From Octopus sinensis (Eukaryota), in assembly GCF_006345805.1 (NCBI RefSeq), contig NW_021834284.1:1-49921 (forward strand): a stretch of DNA of 49,921 bases, given 5' to 3'. Below the pieces are notes generated by a model. That model saw only the letters and a program-made list of their open reading frames with translations, did no database searches and was not told the DNA's origin. Shown in pieces: positions 1 to 12,272 of this stretch; positions within the stretch are counted from its first letter, which is position 1, and every line of letters starts with the position of its first letter. The position numbers and the translations under genes are program-made.

Positions 1-60
1 CTTGTGAGTGAATTTTGGAGATGGGACTGTTGAAAGACCGTCATATATATTATATATATA

Positions 61-180
61 TGCGTAGGCTCGAAACGTAAAAGATTTGTTTTATTTATAT
101 TCCTGGGCGCCATACTAATACATTGTTTGTTTTTGTACTCCACCTGCCTCGTCTTTTGTTTATTTTCATAAAGCTTCCCG
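61..180 (+). repeat. Fragment of a hammerhead-bearing (Penelope pLTR/retrozyme-like) repeat; only the 3' half of the ribozyme remains
   Basis: Contains GCTC-GAAACGTA, followed by sequence resembling the reverse complement of 5270-5360 (ttcctg.gcg, taatac, tccac..cctcg). The CTGANGA half is replaced by (TA)n. Confidence 0.5.
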
Positions 181-194
181 TTATATATATATAT

Positions 195-242
<48 letters not shown>

Positions 243-326
243 ATATATATATATATATATATATATGACGGTCTTCATATATATATATATATATTATGTA
301 TGTATGTATATATGTATGTATGTATA

Positions 327-428
327 GGCTTTGGCCGGCCCGAGGCTATAGTAGAAGACACTTGCCCAAGGTGCCACGCAGTGGGACTGAACCCGGTTGG
401 TAAGCAAGCTACTTACCACACAGGCACT
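327..428 (-). mobile_element. tRNA-derived SINE family A (CORE-like), partial
   Basis: Reverse complement of ...ttcagtcccactgcgtggcaccttgggcaagtgtcttctactatagcctcgggccggccaaagcc, shared with many copies in the window. Confidence 0.8.
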
Positions 429-604
429 ATATATATATACATACACATATAATAAAGTTTATTTGCCAACATAATGTGGCAGTCCTAATACAAGGACGAT
501 GTTACTGTCTTTTAGCCCCAGGAAAACATCTTTTCTAGTTGGCTACCGACATACAGTTCGCGCCCGTTTTGTATATGCAAATATACTTACATATATACAA
601 TTAT

Positions 605-1030
605 AAAGGTGGCTTATTCACAATTTGCAACCGAAATGCAGAAGTATAGTCGTCACTAAAGTGGCTAGCAATAGCTAGAAATAAGAGTCAAAACAACTCA
701 AAGCCACAAGAAGGTGACGTCTATACTTTTGCCTTTCGGTTGTATATTGCGAATAAGCCACCTTTATTATCTATAATTTTCACCTTTACCACTTTTGAAA
801 TCAGCGTACGATTTCTACGGTAACTCTTATAAACTGACTAGGCGAGCTAGGTTAACCTTAGACAGTCGGATGAGAGCCATTGACCTGCATTAATCAAATG
901 CGAAATCTGGCTATGCCCCAGATGCTGTAGGGAGATTGTCTCTCTTGTCAGTCATAAGTTAATGCTTTCTCGTGGCTATGAGTTGTTTTGACTCTTATTT
1001 TCTAGCAATGTTGGTGCTAACTAGTACCCT
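605..1030. repeat. Degenerate copy of the ~345-bp HHR-containing repeat, with an inverted partial unit
   Basis: 605-656 is the inverted complement of 714-765, and ~668-712 of ~966-1010. 770-1030 aligns to the reverse complement of 21870-22063 plus 22692-22830. Confidence 0.7.
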
Positions 1031-1046
1031 AGTCTTAATAAAACGA

Positions 1047-1096
<50 letters not shown>

Positions 1097-1123
1097 ATAT
1101 ATATATATATATATAATAATATA

Positions 1124-1163
<40 letters not shown>

Positions 1164-1165
<2 letters not shown>

Positions 1166-1354
1166 TGGCTGTGTGGTAAGTAGCTTACTTACCAACCACA
1201 TAGTTCCGGCGTCAGTCCCACTGCGTGGCATCTTGGGCAAGTGGTCTTCTTACTATAGTCTCGGGCCGGCCAAAGCCTTGTGAGTGGATTTGGTAGACGG
1301 AAACTGAAAGAAACCCGTCGTATATATATATATATATATATGTGTGGTGTGTGT

Positions 1355-1410
<56 letters not shown>

Positions 1411-1630
1411 TGTGTGTCAGCGTGTATTTGTCCGTCTTTACTATGTGATGACCGGTGTTGATATTTTACATCCTTGTAATTCATCAGTTCGGCAAAAGAG
1501 GACGATAGAATAACTAGAATTAGAAAAAAAGAAAAAAAAAACTACTCCGATCTATTTGTTCGATTAAACCCTTCTAGGCGGTGCTCCGGCATGGTTGCAG
1601 TCCAATGACTGAAACAAGTAAAAGGTAAGA
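1164..1630 (+). mobile_element. tRNA-derived SINE family A (CORE-like), near full length
   Basis: tRNA-like head gtggctgtgtggtaag...gtcagtcccactgc, CORE-like ggcatcttgggcaagtg, internal (TA)n/(TG)n, tail gcggtgctcc.gcatgg...atgactgaaacaagtaaaag. Confidence 0.8.
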
Positions 1631-2126
1631 GATAAAAAAATTTGTATTTGCATAAATTGGAAATAAGCAAGGTGAGTTCTCTCAAATGATATAGAGTTAT
1701 TTCTCTACCCTATTGTTAACAAAAATGCGTTGCATCAAGTTTCTGTTGTTGAGATATCTGTATAATGTTTGAGCAAATAACGACATATATGTGGGCTAAT
1801 CAAAATTAAATCGATTTTCTTGTTCAAAAGTTTACCGTCTAGTTTTAATAGGAAGTTCCTGAAGAAGGCATCGATTACGGAGTGAGTATGATTCTATATA
1901 CTGGGTTAATTAGTATCATTTAATATTGGAAGTAAAATTTTTATTTTTCATATAACTCTCGTCAGTAACGACGCCAATGTCGAATTGTTTCTGTTAACTG
2001 CTGAAGGTTTGAATATGGTGGTAATATCCATGTTTCAATGTATTAGTAGTTTCGAACTAAAAGCAGCTCTAATAATTTGAACATTATCGGTTAACATCAT
2101 CACTCTGAGTTAATAAAAGTGACTAA

Positions 2127-2495
2127 TTATAGTGGAACTTTCTGTGCCACGTAAAGAATGTCTTGAAGAAGCCAATGAGAAGAAACTGCAAAGTACTAGG
2201 AGCAGGTGAAGAAGTGCCAAGACAGAGGCTGGAAGATAGACCACGGCCCGATAGAGCTGGGTAGTTAAGGCTTTGGAGGATGCTCACAATGCAGTATCCA
2301 CACCCGATTGGGTAACAGAGACGCGTGAAGAAAGAAGACCATTCTGCGAAATATCTGAGAAAACCACAAAGTGGGCTGATTCGTTGGGCTGTTGCTGTTG
2401 GGATGCAAGTTGAAGTCTGATCATTCCCGTCTGGGTCACTTTGTGACCACCCGTCGTATGACTCATGATACGTCACAGTTCATCTTCATGTGTCT
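2127..2495 (+). mobile_element. 3' fragment of a HERO-like RLE non-LTR retrotransposon (degenerate)
   Basis: Decayed translation VELSVPRKECLEEANEKKLQ..Y...CQDRGWK..GPIELGS*GFGG resembles the E-L-T-V-P..K..KY..GW..P-I-E-V-G..GF tail of RLE endonucleases. It is followed by gctgttggga...ctgatca.tccc..ctgggtc, resembling HERO 3' UTRs as I recall them. Confidence 0.6.
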
Positions 2496-2869
2496 TGCAC
2501 TCTCGCAAACAAACACACGCACGCGCGCGCTCACAAATTTGTACAATACACATACACACGTTTACGCACATTTGTATATAGACATACAATGCTCTCCCGC
2601 ATTAATATACACACGCACGCTTCCCCGCTCACACATGTTTATACATACACACGTACATACATATATGTGTATACATACATACAAATATACATACATGCAT
2701 ACAAAAATACATACATACATACATATATATATATGCACATACATACACGTTCAAACATACGTATATGTTTAAGAATATAAAACAAGACGCGAGATGGAAA
2801 TAGAGATTAGAATGGAGGGGAGAAGGGACAAAAATGATGTGGAGAAGTGTGATAAAGGGAGAGACAAGC

Positions 2870-2900
<31 letters not shown>

Positions 2901-4039
2901 AAGAGACAGAGACAGACAGAGAGAGAGAGATACAGACAGAGACAGAGAGAGAAAGAAAGAAAGAAATAGGAAACTGTGAATCTCTGTGTGTGTGTGTGTG
3001 TGTGTTTGTGTGTGTGTAAGGAATTAAATATTTAATATGCCTGCGTGCGTTTGAGTTAGTTGTATGCACTTGTATTTGTGAGTAAGTCGGTATGTCGTTA
3101 GGCGGTTGGAAAGATATTTTTGTATTTATACATTTTATTTTTCTATTTCGCTGTTGTCATTGTTTTGTTTTTAGTTTTTAGTTCCGTGTTACTTTTAATC
3201 TGTTCTATGAATCTGACTTGGCTTTTTTCAATTGTTTTATTAGTCCTATCTCTGATAAAGAATCATCAAATTTTTGCTTGACGCCGTCGGCAAATGTACT
3301 CAGTGAATGCGATAAGTAACAAAACACAAATAAATCTATACATTGAATAAACGATTGAGTTAATTGAATGAATTGAATTTACTGTATGAATGAATGAATG
3401 AATGAATGAATGAATAAATAAATAAATAAGCTACGAAGTGAAAACAAAAATTAAAAATTACAAAAACAAACTATAAATTTTCTGATTGTGTGTTGGTGTT
3501 GGTCGTAGGGGATGGAAAATATTGCACGTAGTCACTGTGAGTGTCGGACATTCAGACAGATAGACGTACAGGCTGCTGCATGGGTAGAACATCAAATCGT
3601 CGAGCAGACGGTATTGAATGGTGTTATCATTGTTGCTATTGTTGTTGTTGTCGTCGTCGACTTCTCTCCTCAACCCATTCCTTTAACTGTATTTGTAATA
3701 ATACTTCTCACTTTTACACACACACACATTAATGTTATTTTAATGTGTTTTTATAGAGAAACAATACATATCTAATACATTTAATAAAGAAAAAAAATAA
3801 TATTCTTTCAGTTGTTTCTGTCATTGGCTTACGACCAAGCTGGGGCACCGCTTTCAATAATGGTTTTACTCGATCACACGGAACCCATAATTTCTTTCAG
3901 TCTGGTACGTATGTGTTTTATCGATTATAGTTTTTACGAAGCGCTATGTTAAGTGCGTAAATGAACACATGAATGGACAACATCAGTTATTTAGATTGGT
4001 GTGCTCATATATATATATGGGTGTTTATATCTATATATA

Positions 4040-4518
4040 CAGTAATACATCACTTTACGAAGACTCGCTTTACGAGACACCGGGTTTACGAGTTTTATTT
4101 TTCACCTCACTTTTGTATAGTAAAGTGCAAAAAATTCTACTACCATAACAAATGCTTCTGCTTGTTACCGAGAAATTTATAGAGAGCTAAAAAAAAAAGC
4201 TTCTTCTAAGCAAACAACTGTAGACTTGTTTTTAAAAAGAAATCTACAAGTCCGTCTACGAGTGCTTGTGAATCGGTGATCTACGTGCGCGAGTCTTGTG
4301 CGAGTGAAAGTGATTCAGAAAACGATTATAATATTTTTTTCCATTATAAATGATCTTGACATTTTTTATACTCTACATAAAATATTCTTTACATTACTTA
4401 ACGAGTATTTAAAGTTTTATAGGTAAAGTTACAATTTATAACATTGTTACTATGGGAAATTATTGTTCTGCTTTACGAGCTATCTCCGGGAATAAATTAA
4501 CTCGTATATCGAGGCATT
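4040..4518. mobile_element. Tigger/pogo-like MITE (degenerate)
   Basis: Starts TA|CAGTAATACATCACTTTACGA, has repeated tttacgag subterminal motifs, and ends ...ctcgtatatcgaggcat (imperfect inverted end). Confidence 0.5.
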
Positions 4519-4541
4519 TTTCTTGATGTTTATATATATTC

Positions 4542-4855
4542 TTTTATTCTTTTATTTGTTTCAGTCATTTTGACTGCGGCCAATCTGGAGTACCACCTTT
4601 AGTCAAACAAATCGACCCCAGGACTTATTCTTTGTAAGCCTAATACTTATTCTATCTATTTTGACGTAAACGCACCAACATCAGTTGTCAAGCGATGGTG
4701 GGGAGACAAACACAAACGCACACATACACATATATATACGACCAAGTCTACTTACAAGGCTTTGGTCGGCCCGAGGCTATAATAGAAGTGGGACTGAACC
4801 CGGGACCATGTGCTTGGCAAGCATGCCTCTTACCACACAGCGACTCCTGCGCCTA
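4542..4855 (-). mobile_element. SINE family A
   Basis: Reverse complement of family A from head (aggcgcaggagtcgctgtgtggtaag) to tail. Confidence 0.8.
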
Positions 4856-4863
4856 CATATATA

Positions 4864-5262
4864 TCTTTATATATAAAAGTAAGGTTATGTGTCTGTCTCC
4901 TACGATTTAGATTCCTAACTACTCCCACATTTTGCGGTGCAGTTTAACCAAAACCGGGTATCTTATAGTCGTGATTCATATCGAGCCCTTCTGGGTATTA
5001 GCGCGCGTCTACGATGAGTCTACGATTTAAAATAAAAATTACAATCATTTTTTTCCATTTTAATGCATTTTTTTCGCTATTATATAAGGGAAGTAACTCT
5101 CTAAAAATGTCTACGATGAGTCAACGATTTAAAAAAAAATTTACCATAATTTTTTTCCCATTTTTAATGCATTTTTTTGCTATTTTTTGGCTATAACTCT
5201 CTAAAAATGCTTATATAGTTATTTCCCTTACAAACACGAGCAACGCCGGGCGATACTGCTAG
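4864..5262 (+). mobile_element. Non-autonomous Helitron
   Basis: A|TC 5' end (TCTTTATATATAAAAG), internal tandem duplication (ctacgatgagtc.acgattt...), GC-rich subterminal segment (gagcaacgccgggcg), and CTAG|T 3' end. Confidence 0.75.
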
Positions 5263-5352
5263 TATATATATAGTTATTCCAAACATGAAAACACAACAAC
5301 GCGAGGACGTGGAATAAGTATAGTATTATTGGACGCTCAGGAAAGAAGGAGG

Positions 5353-5387
5353 GTTTAACGTTTCGAGCGGAGGTCTTCGTCAGAAAC
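5353..5387 (-). ncRNA. Minimal type I hammerhead ribozyme within a ~165-bp repeat (5270-5435)
   Basis: Minus strand reads GTTT CTGACGA A GACC TCC GCTC GAA ACGT T AAAC: intact core, stem I GTTT/AAAC, palindromic stem III ACGT, one C.C mismatch in stem II. Confidence 0.75.
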
Positions 5388-6174
5388 ATAGGTAAAGGAA
5401 AGATCCAAAGAAGGGAAGACGGAGGGATAAAAAAAAAATATATATATACACACACATATATATATGATTAAAATGTGTATATATGTGTGAGTGCATGTGT
5501 GCGTAGGAATTTAAGCATGTGTATAGGAGTTTGAGCATTTGTGTGTGGTCAGGTGTGTGAGTGCGCGTGCGTGCGTGTATGTGTTTGCGCGTGCGTGTGT
5601 GTGTGTGCGCGCACGCGTGTATGTATGTTTGTGATATGAAATCTGAAAAGCAATCCAGACCGAAGCCTTTTTAAAATTGTTCCGGGTTACAGACAATTAC
5701 TTTAAACGTCATAAATCCAAATGAACAAATACTTGGACCGTTATAAAACTCGAAAACAGCGATGCTATTATTCACTGATACAAATGTATATAGTAAACAC
5801 ATCAATACACTAATGAAGTGCAAAATTTTGTACATATGAATAAATTTGCATATATTTATTCAATTTTGTTTTGTTTTTTCTTTTGATTTTTATTTGTTTT
5901 TACATACATTTGTAATTACTTCCATGCAAGGATATATACAAATTCACACAGGCTGATATGCATACATGCGCAGGCATACACATAAATGATGTATACACAC
6001 AAGTACACATACACACACACGCAAACACACAAACACTTATACATACACACAAACACGCAAACATACATACGCAGGCACACACAAACATATACTATTAATT
6101 ATTTTCTATACTTTAATTCGTTTTAAATTTGTATTATTTCATTGACGTGATAAATATACTCATATGCATATATA

Positions 6175-6177
<3 letters not shown>

Positions 6178-6227
<50 letters not shown>

Positions 6228-6304
6228 CATACATACATACACATACATACATACATACATACATAATACACATACATACATACATACATACATACAAACA
6301 TACA

Positions 6305-6338
<34 letters not shown>

Positions 6339-6342
6339 CACA

Positions 6343-6376
<34 letters not shown>

Positions 6377-6518
6377 CACATACATATATACACATACATA
6401 CATACATCAATACTACATACATACATATATACACATACATATATACACATACATACATACATACATACATACATACATAATACATACATACATATATATA
6501 TACACATACATATATACA

Positions 6519-6552
<34 letters not shown>

Positions 6553-6760
6553 CCATACATATATACACATACATACATACATACATACATACACACATAC
6601 ATACATACATACCATACATCATACATACATACATACATTATAACAATATATATACACACATATATACTTGTATATATGTATGTGTCCTTATGCATTTATA
6701 TGTGTGTGTGTGAGTGTATATTATATATATATATATATATATATATGTATGCATATGTAT
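6178..6760. repeat. Compound (TA)n/(TACA)n microsatellite
   Basis: Directly visible. Representative of dozens of TA, CA, TACA, GA, TAA, CAT and GATA tracts across the window. Confidence 0.95.
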
Positions 6761-7067
6761 ATAAAGGCAATATCATATAATATTTATAATTTCTATAATT
6801 ACAGATCACTCTCAGCCGATTATTGTCCCATATGTTTTCGTATGAAATTCAATTAATTTCGTTTTAAATTCACCAATAATATTACCTAAAGAGACTACTA
6901 ACAACATCACCTCATATATACATACATACATACGTACATATATATATATATGTGTGTGTATAATATATATAAATACATATATACACGTATATATATGTAT
7001 GTACGTACGTATATATGTATGTATGAATGTTGTATGCATGTATGTATGTGTGTATATATATAATATA

Positions 7068-7107
<40 letters not shown>

Positions 7108-7335
7108 TAATGCATACCCACATATACGTATGCGAACAGTTTTATTGAAGTATCAAATAGCTAGGCCAACATAGTTTCCTATAGAGATGAATATATAATT
7201 TTCATGTAATTATTGTTGTTATTCCATTGAAATATAATACTTATTGTACGTAATACATTTTAAGTATACATATAAGTATATATATATATAAATAGCAGCG
7301 TCTAAAACTATTGGCCTTAAACGGATTTGTATAAG

Positions 7336-7371
<36 letters not shown>

Positions 7372-7477
7372 TGTATTTTATGATTTCGCTTAGGCATAGC
7401 TGCACTAGGAACCAGTGTTGTAACTCGATCCACATCCTATGGCTTCTTCGGAAACATAAGTATTTAAAAAAATTATT

Positions 7478-7845
7478 TTCACTTGTTTCAGTCATTAGAC
7501 TGTTGCCATGCTGGAGCACCACCTTGAAAAATTTTAGTGGAATGAATCGACTCCAGTACTTATTTTTTTATAAATCCTGGTAATTATTCTATTCTATTGA
7601 TCTCGTTTGCCTAACCGTAAAGTTACGGGGACGTAAACGCGCCAACACCGGTTATCAAACGGTGTGCGTATGTGTATGCGAAGACACACACATATACACA
7701 CTCAGACACACACACACGACGGGTGTCTTTCAGTTTCCATCTACCAGATCCACTCACAAGGCTTTAGTCGGCCAGAGGCTATAGTAGAAGACACTTGCCC
7801 AAGGTATCACGCAGTAAGACTGAACCCGGTACCATGTAGTTGGTA
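7478..7845 (-). mobile_element. SINE family A
   Basis: Tail and CORE-like segments of family A on the reverse strand. Confidence 0.75.
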
Positions 7846-7967
7846 GAGAGGTAGCTAGGTAGATAAACACAATTAGGCTTGATACGTATATTTACATCTC
7901 CCGTCGGAGATGAAACGTCCTTCAATAAAATGCAGGAGTGGCTGTGTGGTAAGTAGGTTACCACACA

Positions 7968-8318
7968 GGGTTTAAGGCGATTACATCGACCTCAGTACGT
8001 AACTGGTACTTAATTTATCGACCCCGAAAGGATGAAAGGCAAAGTCGATCCCGGCGGAATTTTGAACTCAGAACGTAAAGACATACGAAATACCTATTTC
8101 TTTACTACCCACAAGGGGCTAAACACAGAGAGGACAAACAAGGATGGACAAACGGATTAAGTCGATTATATCGACCCCAGTGCGTAACTGGTACTTATTT
8201 AATCGACCCCGAAAGGATGAAAGGCAAAGTCGACCTCGGTGACATTTGAACTCAGAACGTAACGACAGACGAAATACGGCTACGCATTTCGCCCGGCGTG
8301 CTAACGTTTCTACCAGCT
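7968..8318 (-). mobile_element. tRNA-derived SINE family B (Meta-domain-like) with a duplicated internal module
   Basis: Two tandem copies of cgaccccgaaaggatgaaaggcaaagtcgac..cggcggaatttgaactcagaacgtaa. The reverse complement gtcgactttgcctttcatcctttcggggtcgataaa..aagtaccag resembles the MetaSINE domain. Confidence 0.8.
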
Positions 8319-8321
8319 TTC

Positions 8322-8447
8322 CAGCCACATGGATCCGGGTTCATTTCCACTGCGTGGCACCTTGGGCAAGTGTCTTCTACTATAGCCTCGGACTGACCAA
8401 AGCCCTGTGAGTGGATTTGGTAGACAGAAACTGAAAGAAGCCTGTCG

Positions 8448-8503
<56 letters not shown>

Positions 8504-8710
8504 TGTGTGTGTATTTGTGTTTATCCCCCCCAACATCGCTTGACAACCGATGCTGGTGTGTTTACGTCCCCGTAACTTAGCGGTTTTGGCAAAAGAGACC
8601 GATAGAATAAGTACTAGGCTTACAAAGAATAAGTCCTGGGGTCGATTTGCTCGACTACGGGCGGTGCTCCAGCACGGCCACAGTCAAATGACCGAAACAA
8701 GTAAAAGAGT
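8322..8710 (+). mobile_element. SINE family A
   Basis: Matches the full copy at 23361-23826, lacking the extreme 5' end. Confidence 0.85.
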
Positions 8711-9474
8711 ATGGAGTACAAAAATACGGATTATAAAATAATGAAAGAATATTTTGAGAAAGAAATAATGCAATGTCTTATGTCAACGTTTTATTTTATA
8801 ATCTACATTTTTTGTGCTCCATCTAAATATATGTATCAAATCTAGCTGTGTTTATCGACCACACTACCTGCATAGCAACTAGATTTGGATTTCTTTTATA
8901 GTTACTCTCTTGTTGCCGTGGACTCTCTCCTGGACGAAGAAGTCAGAATTTAAGTTCAAATTTATTTGAGCGCAACTCTATGATATATATCCTGAGCTTA
9001 TTCTGTGCGCGCGTGTACACACAGACAGATATATGTATGAGTGCGTGTATGTGTGTGTTTGTGTGTATGTATATATTAATCTACTACTGTGGGTGAATAT
9101 ATCCATAAGGTCAACTTTTAGACACTCGCGAGCACTTCTAGCCTTCGTTACTACTTCAGTTCTCAACCAAACTGAATGAGGTTTATTAGCAATGATGGCA
9201 CAGCCCTAAGCTACATTTGGAGATAAAACAATTGAAATTTGGTTCATTAGAAAAAATGTAGGTCAAAATATGTGAGGTCAAGTGGGAGAGTAAGGCCAAA
9301 AATTGACTTTGAATCAAAATATGTTATTTTAAAATAAAAGTATATGTATATGCATCTATGTGTGTGTGTGTGTGCATGTATATATATATATGTGTGTGTG
9401 TGTGTATGTGTATGTGTGTATAGATATGTATGTGTGTATGTGTATGTATGTATGTAGTATATATATATATATAT

Positions 9475-9745
9475 GGTGTTTGTCTACTCCTTATGCAGAG
9501 TCTGACCACCTCTTGTACTTACATCTTAGATCCATCATGGCGTCTGATGTGGCTTTTTAAACCAGACATTGTATTGAAGAGACACCTACATAGATTGCGT
9601 ATCTGTTTTGGACCATCAAGAGCTGCAGTTAAGTTCTGATCTTTGTAGATCTTAAAATGTCTTTTGAGGCCTCCGTTAGACTTGCAGGCATTGAAAGGTG
9701 TGCACAGATACATAGGCAGAGTAGTTGGTAAAGCTTCGTTTTTCG
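9475..9745 (-). mobile_element. 3' fragment of a LINE (RTE-like) with C2H2-like motifs
   Basis: Translation ..YLC...ACKSNGGLKRH...LCRCLFNTMSGLKSHIRRH* shows decayed zinc-finger-like motifs, bounded by microsatellites and without splice support. Confidence 0.4.
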
Positions 9746-9984
9746 TACGTACGTATGTGTGTATGTATGTATGTATGTATGTATGTATGTATGTATGTAT
9801 GTATGTATCTATGTATGTATGTATGTATGTATGTATGTATGCATGCATGTGTGTGTAGAGATAACACGCACATAGAGGAGACGCCTGTCCGTCACAGAGT
9901 TATTCGTTTACAGCCGAGTGGACTGACGCAACGTGAAATGAAGTGATATTTTTGTTCAAGAGCACAACGTAACACCAGCGCCTC

Positions 9985-10400
9985 AATATCTAAGCTACTG
10001 GGAAAGACTGAAATCTTTAAAACTTTACGCCATGGAGAAGAGAGAAAACGAGGAAGATATGCAGTAATTTATACACCGAGAATCCCTGATGGTCTCGCGC
10101 CAAACTTTGCTATTGAGAGGTATATCAGTCTCTGATTTGGCTCTCACTACATATTCCTGATGGCTCCACTATCCTCATCGAAAGTCCGAACCACATACTA
10201 CAATAGTTTTGAATTTAGCGTTTAAAGACTCATTGCATTTTAATATCTCGTCAAGGGAACTGAGAAACCTATATGGAATGGATGTAAATGTATCCAGTAA
10301 GCACCTGGATAACTTATATGTAATAGAGGACAGCAGCGGCAGCAAACTTTTTGATTCGCCTTAAGCTGGGATTCTACAGAAGCAGTATTCTAGCACGGCT
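9985..10400 (+). mobile_element. CR1/L2-group LINE 3' fragment (degenerate)
   Basis: Translation LSYWERLKSLKLYAMEKR..RYAVIY resembles the Y-x-E-R-L..L-x-L-x-S-L-E-x-R-R C-terminal motif of CR1-group ORF2. Confidence 0.6.
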
Positions 10401-10539
10401 GCGAGCTGTAACTAATAAGATAAGAAAAGAATACGCACACACACTTACACATAGATATATGCATGTGCAAACTTCGATCACGTGACCACAATAGTACCAA
10501 CTATAAACATGTATGCGCGGAAGGCAGTGTGACAATCCT

Positions 10540-10725
10540 TTCTATTATTGGCACGAGGCCTGAAATTTGGGGGAGGGGGACAGTAGATTACATCGACCCC
10601 AATATTTCACTGATACTTAATTTGAAAGTCGACCCCGGCGGAATTTGAACTCAGAATGTAGCGATGGGTAAACACCGCTAAGAATTTCGTCCAGCGTGCT
10701 AACGATTCAGCCAGTTCGTCGCTTT
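10540..10725 (-). mobile_element. SINE family B
   Basis: ggcacgaggcctgaaattt...gtcgaccccggcggaatttgaactcagaa...gtgctaacgattc.gccagttcg.cgc. Confidence 0.75.
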
Positions 10726-10985
10726 AACAGTGTGCCAATAATAAAGATAGGTTATGGCGAAAGTGCGGATCATTTTTGACTTCCCAGGCCACTGATAAAA
10801 CTTAATTTTTAATGATTTTGTCCTTAATTATGTATATATTTATGTTTATTTACCTCTCTCTGTATTCTGATCAATACGCACGTGGTTGAGATGGGTAATA
10901 GGACTTTGCTTCGTATATACGTGTAAATATATGTATATATTCCTATTTATACGCGTATATTTGTATGGGTATGTACGTTCGGTAT

Positions 10986-11043
10986 ACCCTACAGATGAAG
11001 GTAGAGTATTTACTACTAAACCAAAAATCTGAAGATTTAGGGT
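10986..11043 (+). ncRNA. Type I hammerhead fold, core-mutated copy
   Basis: ACCCTA CAGATGA A GGT...ACC A AAA ATCT GA AGAT T TAGGGT: perfect stems I and III, but U4A and G12A substitutions. Confidence 0.55.
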
Positions 11044-11207
11044 TAACCATAACAATTTTACGAAATCTTTTTCATCCATTTTCCTCCCCTCAACTTTGTG
11101 CTAATGGAGTGCAAATTCAAAGTGGTTTAGAGTCATTTGACGTCTATTTCTAGCATATAGGTGCTGTTCCTTCAGTACCCTTAATTATAATTAAATCTAT
11201 ATAATTT

Positions 11208-11568
11208 CTCTCTTTTACTTGATTCAGTCATTTGACTGCGGCCATGCTGCAGCACCGCCTTTAGTCGAGCAAATCGACCCCAGGACTTATTCTTTGTAAG
11301 CCTAGTCCTTATTCTCTCGGTCACTTTTGCCGAACCGTGGGGAGGACAAACACACAAGCATATACGCACACACACATATATATATATATATATATACATA
11401 TATACGACAGGCTTCTTTCAGTTTCCGGCTACCAAATCCTCTCACAAGTCTTTGGTCGGCCCGAGGCTATAGTGGAAGACACTTGCCCAAGGTGCCACGC
11501 AGTGGGACTGAATCCAGAACCATGTGGTTGGTAAGCAAGCTACTTGCCACACAGCCACTCCTGCGCCT
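11208..11568 (-). mobile_element. SINE family A
   Basis: Head-to-tail reverse copy with an internal deletion. Confidence 0.85.
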
Positions 11569-11855
11569 ATATTTATATATTGATTTTACCTATATGGTTT
11601 TTTTTATTATATGCTGGGCACTGACAAAATCATTAATTTTTAATGATTTTTATCCTTGACTCTGTATACATGTATATTTATTCACTCCGATCGTTATATT
11701 TACTGCGGTTTTATTCTGATCAAATACACACGCGGTTGAGATGGACAATAGGATTTAGCTTCGTATATACGTGTAAATATATGTATAAATTCGTGTTTAT
11801 ACGCGTGTATTTTTATGGGTATGTATATGTATTTTCATTTATGAACGTTCGGTAT

Positions 11856-11913
11856 ACCTTACTGATGAAGGTAGATTATTTATTATTAAACCAGAAATCT
11901 GAAGCTATAGGGT
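11856..11913 (+). ncRNA. Type I hammerhead ribozyme
   Basis: ACCTTA CTGATGA A GGT AGATTATTTATTATTAA ACC A GAA ATCT GA AGCT A TAGGGT: intact core, stem I ACCTTA/TAGGGT, one mismatch in stem III. Confidence 0.65.
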
Positions 11914-12229
11914 TAACCATAATAATTTTACGAAATGTTTTTATCCATTTTCCTAGCACTCAACCTTGTACTAATGGGGTGCAAATTCAAAGTGGTTTAG
12001 AGTCATTTAGCATCTATTTCTAGAGATTTCTATCTCAGAGCGATATAAGCAGTAACGGTACGATAGAGTAGTTGTATACTGTCAACTTAATGTGACAGTC
12101 CCATGAAGGGAATCACACCACTACTATTTAGCCCTAGGAAGCATCAATGCTTTCTGTCGCCTTGATACATTTCCTGTGTCCTTATGTTTACAAGGGGGAG
12201 ACAAGTACCCCCACCCAGCCAAGCCTGCA

Positions 12230-12272
12230 TCCAGAGACTAGTTTCTGAGTTTTTGCTCGTCATCAGTCTGGA
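12230..12272 (-). ncRNA. Type I hammerhead ribozyme within a repeat at ~12030-12276
   Basis: Minus strand reads TCCAGA CTGATGA C GAG CAAAAA CTC A GAA ACTAGT C TCTGGA: 6-bp stem I, palindromic stem III, GUC triplet. Confidence 0.85.

Larger units (their letters stand above)
10787..12023 (+). repeat. Two direct copies (~10787-11153 and ~11617-12023) of an HHR-containing repeat, separated by an inserted SINE
   Basis: Long shared stretches, e.g. gcttcgtatatacgtgtaaatatatgtata and gtgcaaattcaaagtggtttagagtcattt. Confidence 0.85.

Noticed and set aside
7893-7922. Hairpin followed by GAAACGTC (possible HHR 3' half)
   Set aside because: No CTGANGA or stem I partner upstream.
9519-9745. Host C2H2 zinc-finger gene exon
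   Set aside because: Cys/His spacing is decayed, there are no TGEKP linkers, and it is bounded by microsatellites; a LINE tail is more likely.
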